Positions 7,687-14,982 of a DNA stretch of 44,937 bases are shown piece after piece (position 1 is the first letter of the stretch; each line of letters begins with the position of its first letter). The notes below the pieces were generated by a model. That model was not told the DNA's origin and made no database searches. It saw nothing but the letters and a program-made list of their open reading frames with translations. Source of the stretch: Candidatus Rokuibacteriota bacterium (lineage in GTDB: Bacteria > Methylomirabilota > Methylomirabilia > Rokubacteriales > CSP1-6). The stretch spans positions 1 through 44,937 of the forward strand of contig JBBIIW010000003.1 in assembly GCA_037446305.1 (NCBI GenBank). Direction: 5' to 3'. A program made the position numbers and the translations under genes.

Positions 7687-10121
7687 TGGCGGCCGGCAAG
7701 CTCCAGGTCAAGGTGGGCGGGATGGCCTGCTCCTTCTGCCTGGAGACGATCAGGAAGGGGCTCGGCCGGATCCCGGGGGTCAGCGAGGTCAACGTCAGCC
7801 TGGCCCACGAGGAGGCCTTGATCACCTACGACCCCGGCCGCGTCACGCCGGCGACGCTCACCGACACGCTCCGCAGCCTCGGCTATACCGTCCGGGATCC
7901 GAACAGGGTCCGCACCTTCGAGGAGGAGGAGGCCGAGCTGCGCCGGGAGCGGGAGCGCCTGATCGTCGCCGGAGCCCTGGCCTGGATCGGCCTCCTGTTC
8001 ATGCTGCTCATGTGGACCGGGCGCCACCATCCCCATGTCCACGGGATCATGGCCGGGCTCGCCGTCGCGATGGTGTTCGGGCTGGGGCTCCCCATCCTGC
8101 GCACGGCCTGGGCCTCGGTCCGCCGGCGGATCCTGAACCAGCACGTGCTGATGGAGGTGTCGGCCTTCAGCGGACTCGTGGGCGGGGTGATCGGTCTCGT
8201 GCGCCCCCAGATCTTCCCGAGTCACGAGTTCTTCGGGGTGGCGGTGTTCGTCACCGCCTACCACATCCTCGGCGGGTACGCCTCCCTGCTCGTGCGGACC
8301 CGGGCCTCGCAGGCGGTCAAGAAGCTGCTCTCGCTCCGGCCGCCGGCCGCGTGCGTCGTCCGCGACGGGGAAGCGCTCGAGGTGCCGGTCGCCGAGGTGC
8401 GGCGCGGGGACCTCGTCCGGATCCGCCCCGGTGAGCAGATCCCCGTCGACGGCGTGGTGGTGGAGGGCGCCTCGGCGGTCGACGAAAGCCTGGTCACCGG
8501 CGAGCCCCTGCCGCGCGAAAAGGTGCCCGGCCAGGAGGTCATCGGCGGCTCGGTCAACCGCCACGGCTCGCTGCTGGTGCGCGTCACGCGCGTGGGCGAG
8601 GAGAGCTTCCTCGAGCAGGTGGCGCGGCACATCCAGGAGGCGCGCGCGCTCAAACCAGGCCTCCTCCTGCTCCTGGACCGGATGCTCGAATACTTCGTCC
8701 CCGGCGTCCTCCTGGTCGGGCTGGCGGCCTTCACGCTCTGGACGCTGGGGGCCTGGGCCGTCCGGGGCGCCCCCGACTGGGAGCGGGCGGCGCTCGCCGC
8801 GCTGGCCGTGCTGGTCATGGGCTACCCGTGCGCGCTGGGGATGGCGACGCCGCTGGCCATGATCCGCGGGGGCGGCGAGGCCGCGCGCCAGGGCATCCTC
8901 ATGCGCAGCGCCGCCTCGTTCCAGGCCTTCAAGGACGTCTCGGTCGTCGTGCTCGACAAGACCGGGACGATCACCCGCGGCGAGCCCCGGGTGGTGGATG
9001 TCGTGCCGGCCGCCGGCGGGGAGGCCGACGACGTGCTGGCCCTCGCGGCCTCGGCCGAGCAGCTCTCGGAGCATCCCCTGGCCCGGGCGGTCGTCGAGGC
9101 GGCCCGGGCCAGGGGCCTTGCCCTGGAACCGGTTCACGACTTCGAGACGGTGGCGGGCAAGGGGGTGCGGGCCAGGGCCGGCGGCGAGGCGGTCCTGGTG
9201 GGGACGCTGCGGTTCCTCCGGGAGGCCGGGATCGACACCGGCCACCTCGAGACTCTGGCCGAGGCGCATGAAGCTCGCGCCCAGACGGTCATCGCGGTGG
9301 CGAGCGAGGGGCGGCCTGTCGGTCTCGTCACGCTGGCGGACACCATCAAGGCCGACGCGAAGGAGGCCATTGACCGGCTTCGCGCCGCTGGCCTGGCGCC
9401 GGTCATGATCACCGGGGACAATCCCCGAACCGCCCGGGCGGTGGCCGACCAGGTGGGCATCCAGGAGATCCGGGCCCAGGTACTGCCGCAGGACAAGGCC
9501 GCGCGCGTCCGGGAGCTGCAGCGGGCGGGCAAGCGGGTGGCGATGGTGGGAGACGGCATCAACGACGCGCCGGCCCTCACGCAGGCCGACGTGGGCCTCG
9601 CCATCGGAACCGGCACCGACATCGCGATCGAGTCGGCCGACGTGGTGCTGGTCGGGGAGCGGCTGAGCGCGGTGGTGGACGCCTACCGGAGCGCGCGGCG
9701 CACGTACGGCAAGACGGTCCAGAACCTCTCGCTGGCGTTCTCCTTCAACGGCATCGGGGTGCCCCTGGCGACCACCGGACTCGTCTCCCCCGTCTGGGCC
9801 ATGGCCGCCATGGCCGCCAGCGTGACGGCCGTGCTCCTGAACTCGTTCCTGGGCCGGCTGGTCCCGCCGCTCCGCCGGCCGAAGCCCACGGCCCGACAGG
9901 TGACGCTCTTCGTACCGAGCCTCCGCTGCCAGGGGTGCGTGAACACCCTCCGCGACGCGCTCGGGAAGCTGCCGATCGTGGTGGGGGTCGAGGGCGACCC
10001 CGTGAGCAAGCAGCTGGTGGTGACCGTGCGGGACGGCCAGGGGCGGGTGACGGCGGTGGAGGAGGAGATCACCCGGCTCGGCCACGTGGTGGGCGAGCAG
10101 GCGCGTGAGGTGCGTTCATGA
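7686..10121 (+). CDS. Heavy-metal translocating P1B-type ATPase with an N-terminal HMA domain (GMACSFC) and a C-terminal HMA-like domain (LRCQGC)
   Basis: DKTGT phosphorylation site, TGDN, GDGINDAP, TGEP actuator motif, and membrane motif VMGYPCALGMATP in place of the usual CPC. Confidence 0.9.
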   Translation: MAAGKLQVKVGGMACSFCLETIRKGLGRIPGVSEVNVSLAHEEALITYDPGRVTPATLTDTLRSLGYTVRDPNRVRTFEEEEAELRRERERLIVAGALAWIGLLFMLLMWTGRHHPHVHGIMAGLAVAMVFGLGLPILRTAWASVRRRILNQHVLMEVSAFSGLVGGVIGLVRPQIFPSHEFFGVAVFVTAYHILGGYASLLVRTRASQAVKKLLSLRPPAACVVRDGEALEVPVAEVRRGDLVRIRPGEQIPVDGVVVEGASAVDESLVTGEPLPREKVPGQEVIGGSVNRHGSLLVRVTRVGEESFLEQVARHIQEARALKPGLLLLLDRMLEYFVPGVLLVGLAAFTLWTLGAWAVRGAPDWERAALAALAVLVMGYPCALGMATPLAMIRGGGEAARQGILMRSAASFQAFKDVSVVVLDKTGTITRGEPRVVDVVPAAGGEADDVLALAASAEQLSEHPLARAVVEAARARGLALEPVHDFETVAGKGVRARAGGEAVLVGTLRFLREAGIDTGHLETLAEAHEARAQTVIAVASEGRPVGLVTLADTIKADAKEAIDRLRAAGLAPVMITGDNPRTARAVADQVGIQEIRAQVLPQDKAARVRELQRAGKRVAMVGDGINDAPALTQADVGLAIGTGTDIAIESADVVLVGERLSAVVDAYRSARRTYGKTVQNLSLAFSFNGIGVPLATTGLVSPVWAMAAMAASVTAVLLNSFLGRLVPPLRRPKPTARQVTLFVPSLRCQGCVNTLRDALGKLPIVVGVEGDPVSKQLVVTVRDGQGRVTAVEEEITRLGHVVGEQAREVRS

Positions 10122-10657
10122 GAACGTGGGTATGGACGGCGATCATCGTGGCCGCCCTGGCAACCGGGTACGTGGCCGGGTATGTCGTCAGGACCCCGGC
10201 CGGCGGCGGCATGGCGGTGGCCGGCGTGCCGGTCGCGCCGCCCGTGAAGGGCTACGCCGAAGGGCAAACGATTCACTTCCTCCACACCGAGGCGTCCGAT
10301 CCCGAGGTGGCGAAGATGTTGACGGACATGATGGGCGGCTCCCCGGTGCTGGTGGTCCCGGCCCTGGCAAAGGCTCCCGAGGTTCTCCTGGCGCCGGTCT
10401 ACGTCTTTACCAACGGGGTGAAGGGCGACGGCCCCTTCGGCTTCCAGCCCGACGTGTTCGATTCGCCACCGGGCACCGAGGGCTATCGGCCTCTGCGGAC
10501 GGTGCACCTCGTCCGATGGACGAACGAGGGCGCTGCGCGTGAGCTGAAGGCCGTGACGGAGGTGAAGGCGGCGGCGATGGCGGGCGACGTGACGATCGCG
10601 CAGTCCGGCATCGTCGTCAACATGCCGATGATGACGTGGCCGGGCGGCCGCCGCTGA
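10118..10657 (+). CDS. Membrane-anchored hypothetical protein, translationally coupled (ATGA) to the ATPase
   Basis: N-terminal TM helix WVWTAIIVAALATGYVAGYVV followed by a soluble domain. No family recognised with confidence. Confidence 0.6.
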   Translation: MRTWVWTAIIVAALATGYVAGYVVRTPAGGGMAVAGVPVAPPVKGYAEGQTIHFLHTEASDPEVAKMLTDMMGGSPVLVVPALAKAPEVLLAPVYVFTNGVKGDGPFGFQPDVFDSPPGTEGYRPLRTVHLVRWTNEGAARELKAVTEVKAAAMAGDVTIAQSGIVVNMPMMTWPGGRR

Positions 10658-10742
10658 GGCGGGCGAACCAGGTGAGGCGCTCCCCGGTAGAGGACGTTCA
10701 GATCCGGGCGGCGGTGGCCGACACCGGGTGCCGGGTCGCCTG

Positions 10743-11030
10743 ATGAACGCGGCGCGGCTCCTGGTCGAGATCCTCACCGCCCCCGGCTGAGGCAAGTGCG
10801 AGGAGGCCAGGCGGCTGGTCTTCAAGGCGATCGAGATGGCGAGGGGACGCTTCACCGACCTCGAGGTGCGGGAGTGGAACCTGGCCGAGCACCCCGAGCT
10901 CGGGCCCCGGTACGGCGTGATGGCGACGCCAGCCGTCGTGATCAATGGCCGGCTCGAGTTCCGCGGGGTGCCCAGGGAAGCGGCGCTGCTCGAGCGGCTC
11001 GAGGCCGCCCGAAGCAGGGCCGGCGGCTGA
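10743..11030 (+). CDS. Small thioredoxin-fold protein (redox-active disulfide protein 2 / Thioredoxin_3-like). In-frame TGA at 10788-10790 gives a U-G-K-C motif. Candidate selenoprotein.
   Basis: ATG 10743 is in frame with ORF 10836..11030. Read through the TGA: MNAARLLVEILTAPG-TGA-GKCEEARRLVFKAIE...YGVMATPAVVINGRLEFRGVP. The TGA sits at the first Cys of the family's PGCxxC motif. Confidence 0.65.
10802..10823 (+). other. Hairpin GGAGGCCAG-gcgg-CTGGTCTTC starting 11 nt after the TGA. Candidate bacterial SECIS.
   Basis: 9-bp stem (two G-U pairs) with a 4-nt G-rich loop. The 11-nt spacing from UGA matches the minimal E. coli fdhF SECIS geometry. Confidence 0.45.
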
Positions 11031-11033
11031 GCC

Positions 11034-11891
11034 ATGAGGGAGGCGCCGCGCCCCACCGGCCACGAGCCGGCCCCGGTTGCGGTGGCCGGGCCGCGGCGGC
11101 AGTCAGCGTCTGCGGTAACGCTCCTGGCCGCGCTCGGCGGCCTCGGGCTCCTGGCGCTCGTCGGGTGGGTGGCGTGGAACCAGGGAGTCCTGGTCGGTCT
11201 CCGGTGGGCGGCCTTCGAGGCGCCGCTCGCGCTCGCCGCCTTCGGCTTCATCGCCGGGGTCGGCGCGTTCTTCGCGCCGTGCGCGTTCGCGCTGTTTCCC
11301 GGCTCCATCTCGTACTCCCTGACGTCGGTCGGCCCCGGACGCGAGAGCGTCGGGCACGCGCTGGCCCTCGGCGCCAGCTGCGCCGGCGGGAGCGCACTCT
11401 TCTTCGCGCTGACCGGCCTGGCGATCACGCTCGTCGGTGGATCGATCGCGCCGTACCTGATCGCCACCAAGCCGGCGATCGCACTCGCCGTGGTGCTCCT
11501 CGGCCTGGTGCTGGTCGCCGACGTGCGCCTGCCGTCGGTCGGCGGGCCGATCGGCCGCATCGGGGCCGGACTCCCGCCCGCGGCCGGCCTCGTCCTCTAC
11601 GGGTTCGGCTACGCGCTGGCCTCCACGGGCTGCACGCTCCCCATCTACGTCTCGATCGTCGTGCTGCCGCTGACGAGCGGCTTCGCCGGGGCAGCGCTGC
11701 TCACCTTCGCCAGCTTCGCGTCGGCGATGGCCCTGATGATGCTCCTCACGAGCCTCCTGGTGGGGCTCGCCAGGGCGAGCCGGCTTCGCCGGCTCCAGGC
11801 CTCGACGGTCTGGATCAAGCGGGCGAGCGGGGCGATCCTGATCGCGGCGGGACTCTACCTCGGCTACTACTACGTCGCAGCGGGGATGTGA
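11034..11891 (+). CDS. ccdA: CcdA/DsbD-family transmembrane thiol:disulfide electron transporter
   Basis: Multi-TM protein with the two membrane-embedded Cys motifs FFAPCAFALFP and STGCTLP. It starts 3 nt after the thioredoxin-like gene. Confidence 0.8.
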   Translation: MREAPRPTGHEPAPVAVAGPRRQSASAVTLLAALGGLGLLALVGWVAWNQGVLVGLRWAAFEAPLALAAFGFIAGVGAFFAPCAFALFPGSISYSLTSVGPGRESVGHALALGASCAGGSALFFALTGLAITLVGGSIAPYLIATKPAIALAVVLLGLVLVADVRLPSVGGPIGRIGAGLPPAAGLVLYGFGYALASTGCTLPIYVSIVVLPLTSGFAGAALLTFASFASAMALMMLLTSLLVGLARASRLRRLQASTVWIKRASGAILIAAGLYLGYYYVAAGM

Positions 11892-11910
11892 CGTGACGGA
11901 GGGAGGATTC

Positions 11911-12243
11911 ATGCGACCTCTTCATCTGGCGCTCGCGCTGACGATCACCGTGGCCGCCTGGCTCGTGCCCCACCTGGCGGACGCCGGTCTGAAGGTCGTG
12001 ACGATCGACGTGCGGGGCATGGTGTGCCGGGGCTGACCGGCCACCATCGCCACAGCCTTGGAGAGGCTGCCGGGCGTGAAGCGCGCGGCGGTGGTGCTGG
12101 AGACGAGACAGGCCCGAGTGACGTACGACGACAAGAAGCAGACACCGGAGAAGCTCGCCGCGGCCATCGATATGCTGGGCTTCAAGGCATCGGTCCGTTC
12201 GGTCGCCGGGGCGCCGGCGGCGGAGGCGCCGGCCGGTCGTTGA
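11911..12243 (+). CDS. Secreted MerP-like heavy-metal-associated (HMA) protein. In-frame TGA at 12034-12036 gives GMVC-R-G-U. Candidate selenoprotein.
   Basis: ATG 11911 has a GGAGGGAGG RBS and is in frame with ORF 12058..12243. Signal peptide MRPLHLALALTITVAAWLVPHLADA, then LKVVTIDVRGMVCRG-TGA-PATIATALERLPGVKRAAVVLE. The TGA replaces the second Cys of GMxCxxC. Confidence 0.65.
12053..12069 (+). other. Hairpin CAGCCT-tggag-AGGCTG starting 16 nt after the TGA. Candidate bacterial SECIS.
   Basis: Perfect 6-bp stem with a 5-nt loop containing GG. Confidence 0.4.
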
Positions 12244-12285
12244 GGCATGGCGAGCGTCACGCTTTCGGTTTCGGGGAGGACGGGC

Positions 12286-13635
12286 ATGGAACGCGGGTAT
12301 GACCTGGTCGTGGTGGGAACGGGCGTGGCGTCGGCCGTCGCCTCCCGGTGCCGGGAGGCGGGCTGGACGGTGGCGGTCGTCGACTCGCGCCCCTTCGGCG
12401 GCACCTGCGCGCTGCGAGGCTGCAACCCCAAGAAGATGCTCGTGAGCGCGGCGGAGGCCATCCATGCCGCCTCCCGCCTGGCCGGCAAGGGCGTGCGCGC
12501 CGACGGCCTGACGATCGACTGGCCGGCGCTCGTGCGCTTCAAGCGAACGGCGACCGACCCGGTGCCCGCGCGGACCGAGCAGACATGGGCGCAGGCCGGG
12601 GTGGAGATGTTCCACGGCCGGGCCCGCTTCGTCGGACCCACGACGCTGGCCGTGGGAGATGATCGCCTCACCGGCACCCGTGTGCTGATCGCCGCCGGCG
12701 CCATGCCCCGACGGCTGCCGTTCGCCGGGGCCGAGCTGCTGACGACGAGCGAGCAGTTCCTGGAGCTGGACGCGCTCCCGACCCGGCTGCTGTTCGTGGG
12801 CGGCGGATACATCTCCTTCGAGTTCGCCCACGTGGCCGCCCGCGCCGGGGCGGAGGTGACGATTCTCCACCGGGGGGACCGGGCCCTGGAGGGGTTCGAC
12901 CCCGACCTGGTGGACCTGCTGGTCAGGCGGACCCGGGAGCTCGGCGTCCGGGTCGAGCTGGCCACGGAGGTGCGGGGCGTCGAGCGGAGCGACGGCGGTC
13001 TGATCGTCCGGGCGCTGGCGGGGGGTCGCGAGCGCCGCTTCGAGGCCGACCTGGCGATCCACGGGGCCGGACGCGCCCCGGAGATCGATGACCTCGACCT
13101 CGAGGCGGCGGGGGTGAAGCGCGAACGGCGGGGCGTCACCGTGAACGACTTCCTGCAGAGCGTGTCCAACCCGGCGGTGTACGCAGCCGGCGACGCCGCG
13201 GCCAGCGGGGGCCCGCCGCTGACCCCCAAGGCCGCCCACGACGCCGAGGTGGTGGCCTGGAACCTCCTGCACGGCAACCAGCGCCGGCCGAACTACGAGG
13301 GCCTGGCCTCCGTCGTGTTCACCGTGCCGCCGCTGGCCTCGGCGGGCCTGGGGGAGGCCGCGGCCCGGGCCCGGGGCCTCCGATTCCGCGTCCGCTGGCA
13401 GGAGACCTCGCAGTGGTTCAGCGCCCGACGCCTGGCCGAGACGGGCGCCGGCTTCAAGGTGCTGGTCGAGGAGGGCAGCGGCCGCATCCTCGGCGCGCAC
13501 CTGTTCGGGCCCCACGCCGACGAGGTCATCAACACCTTTGCCGTCGCCATCCGGGCCGGCATCCCGGCCGACGAGCTCCGGCAGGCCCTGTTCGCCTACC
13601 CGACCAGCAGCGCGGACATCCCCTTCATGCTCTGA
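12286..13635 (+). CDS. Class I pyridine nucleotide-disulfide oxidoreductase (glutathione reductase / MerA-core-like flavoprotein)
   Basis: YDLVVVGTGVAS FAD motif, redox-active GGTCALRGCNPKK, a second Rossmann motif LLFVGGGYISFEFA, and AAGD. C-terminal motif AYPTSSAD in place of HPTSSE. The ATG at 12286 with a GGGGAGGA RBS is preferred over 12247. Confidence 0.85.
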   Translation: MERGYDLVVVGTGVASAVASRCREAGWTVAVVDSRPFGGTCALRGCNPKKMLVSAAEAIHAASRLAGKGVRADGLTIDWPALVRFKRTATDPVPARTEQTWAQAGVEMFHGRARFVGPTTLAVGDDRLTGTRVLIAAGAMPRRLPFAGAELLTTSEQFLELDALPTRLLFVGGGYISFEFAHVAARAGAEVTILHRGDRALEGFDPDLVDLLVRRTRELGVRVELATEVRGVERSDGGLIVRALAGGRERRFEADLAIHGAGRAPEIDDLDLEAAGVKRERRGVTVNDFLQSVSNPAVYAAGDAAASGGPPLTPKAAHDAEVVAWNLLHGNQRRPNYEGLASVVFTVPPLASAGLGEAAARARGLRFRVRWQETSQWFSARRLAETGAGFKVLVEEGSGRILGAHLFGPHADEVINTFAVAIRAGIPADELRQALFAYPTSSADIPFML

Positions 13636-13769
13636 GCGTCCGCCGCCGGCCCCGCGGCGCCGATGAGCGCCCCCGCAGGCGCCGGAGGCGCAGCCATGCG
13701 CGTACGCGAAGAGTCAGGTCCGGTCGAAAACCTCCGAGCGGCGACCGGCGAACCGACCGACGTCATCGC

Positions 13770-13797
13770 AAACCCTCCGGCGGCCCGCGACGAATAC
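13770..13797 (+). promoter_or_regulatory. ECF-type promoter candidate P1: AAACCC-N15-CGAATAC
   Basis: One of four identically spaced copies in the window. It ends 14 nt before the GTG at 13811 of an ECF sigma gene. Confidence 0.55.
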
Positions 13798-13810
13798 GTC
13801 ATGACCCAGC

Positions 13811-14521
13811 GTGCACGGTTCCCCGATGAGCGCGATGAACACGGCGGCGCCGGTGGCGGCGGCCCGCCCTCGCGGCGGCAGCCCAAACGAGCCGCGCGAC
13901 TGGCAGGCCGAGTTCGAGCGGTCGGTCCTGGTGCACCGGGACTGGCTGCATCGCCGCGCGCTCAAGCTGTGCCGGAATCCGGCGGATGCCGAGGATCTGG
14001 TCCAGGAGACGTACCTCCGCGCCTTCCGGCGCTTCGACAGCTTCACTCCCGGCACGAACTGTGGCGCCTGGCTGGCCACGATCTTGCGAAACACGTTCCT
14101 CAACCTTGTCACCCGGCAGACCCGCGAAGCGCCGGGACGGGACGCGACCACGGTGGAGCGCGAGCTGGCCTTGCGGGGGGAACTGGCGCCGGACCCGGAG
14201 CAGGAGCGCGTGCGCCACGTCATCGACGACCGGCGGCTGGCCGACGCCGTCGAGGCTCTTCCCGGAAAGCTCCGGTGGGCCGTGATCCTGGCGGACGTCG
14301 AGGAGTGCTCCTACCGCGAGATCGCCGAGATCTGCGGGGTGCCGGTCGGCACGGTGATGTCCCGCCTGTTCCGGGGGCGCCGGCGCCTCCGGAGGGCCTT
14401 GCGGAACGGCCGCGCGGACGCGCCGCCAGGGGCGCTTGCTGCTTCCCGTCCGCCTGTCGGCGGAGCCTCCCGGCCGCGGCGCCGGCCACGCTACCGGCAG
14501 CCTCAGCCCGCCAGCCGGTAG
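13811..14521 (+). CDS. ECF (group 4) RNA polymerase sigma factor
   Basis: Region 2 (DAEDLVQETYLRAFRRFDSF...GAWLATILRNTFLN) and region 4 (LPGKLRWAVILADVEECSYREIAEICGVPVGTVMSRLFRGRRRL). The ATG at 13826 is an alternative start. Confidence 0.8.
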   Translation: MHGSPMSAMNTAAPVAAARPRGGSPNEPRDWQAEFERSVLVHRDWLHRRALKLCRNPADAEDLVQETYLRAFRRFDSFTPGTNCGAWLATILRNTFLNLVTRQTREAPGRDATTVERELALRGELAPDPEQERVRHVIDDRRLADAVEALPGKLRWAVILADVEECSYREIAEICGVPVGTVMSRLFRGRRRLRRALRNGRADAPPGALAASRPPVGGASRPRRRPRYRQPQPASR

Positions 14522-14982
14522 AAGCCGCCCAGGATGGCGCCGTACAGGAGATGGGCCAGGACGGTGACCGCCGGGGTCTGGTAGCCGTAGTTCAGGGCCA
14601 GGAAGCCCGGCGGCTCGAGGGCTCGCGTGGGTTCCGGACCGCGATGCTCGCTGGCCATCCGGGGATGGAAGCCCGGCAGCACAGGCATGACGGCGACCAG
14701 CACGGCCAGGGCGTGCACGAGGCCGATCCCGGCGCCGAGCCACCAGGTGGCCCGGCCCCAGCTCTCGAAGGCCAGGGCGTAGAGCACGGCGAAGACCCAC
14801 CCGTTGACGAGATGCATCAGGAAGCCGAGCATCGGCGCCCGGTCCCGGTCCGCCGTCACCATCGCGCCCAGCATGAACGGGATGCTCATCCGCGAGATGC
14901 CGAGCCCCTGCGCGGCCGTCATGACGGTCGTGAGCACGATGGTCGCCACGAAGCCCCAGAGGAAGACGGCGCCCACGTTCAC
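14503..14982 (-). CDS. Small polytopic membrane protein of unknown function. Its GTG start overlaps the GH15 stop (GTGA).
   Basis: Four predicted TM helices (VGAVFLWGFVATIVLTTVM..., MLGFLMHLVNGWVFAVLYALAF, WWLGAGIGLVHALAVLVAV..., VTVLAHLLYGAILGGFY). Confidence 0.55.
   Translation of the reverse strand: MNVGAVFLWGFVATIVLTTVMTAAQGLGISRMSIPFMLGAMVTADRDRAPMLGFLMHLVNGWVFAVLYALAFESWGRATWWLGAGIGLVHALAVLVAVMPVLPGFHPRMASEHRGPEPTRALEPPGFLALNYGYQTPAVTVLAHLLYGAILGGFYRLAG

Noticed and set aside
8687-8693. A fifth CGAATAC heptamer, inside the ATPase gene.
   Set aside because: There is no AAAC element at the required 15-nt spacing upstream, and it is deep inside a coding region. It is probably a chance occurrence (codons L-E-Y).
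13636-13720. Short GC hairpins after several stop codons (for example GCCGC-N7-GCGGC and GCGCC-N6-GGCGC after 13635) as intrinsic terminators.
   Set aside because: The stems are only 4-6 bp with no U-tract. Such hairpins occur everywhere at this GC content, so no terminator is called.
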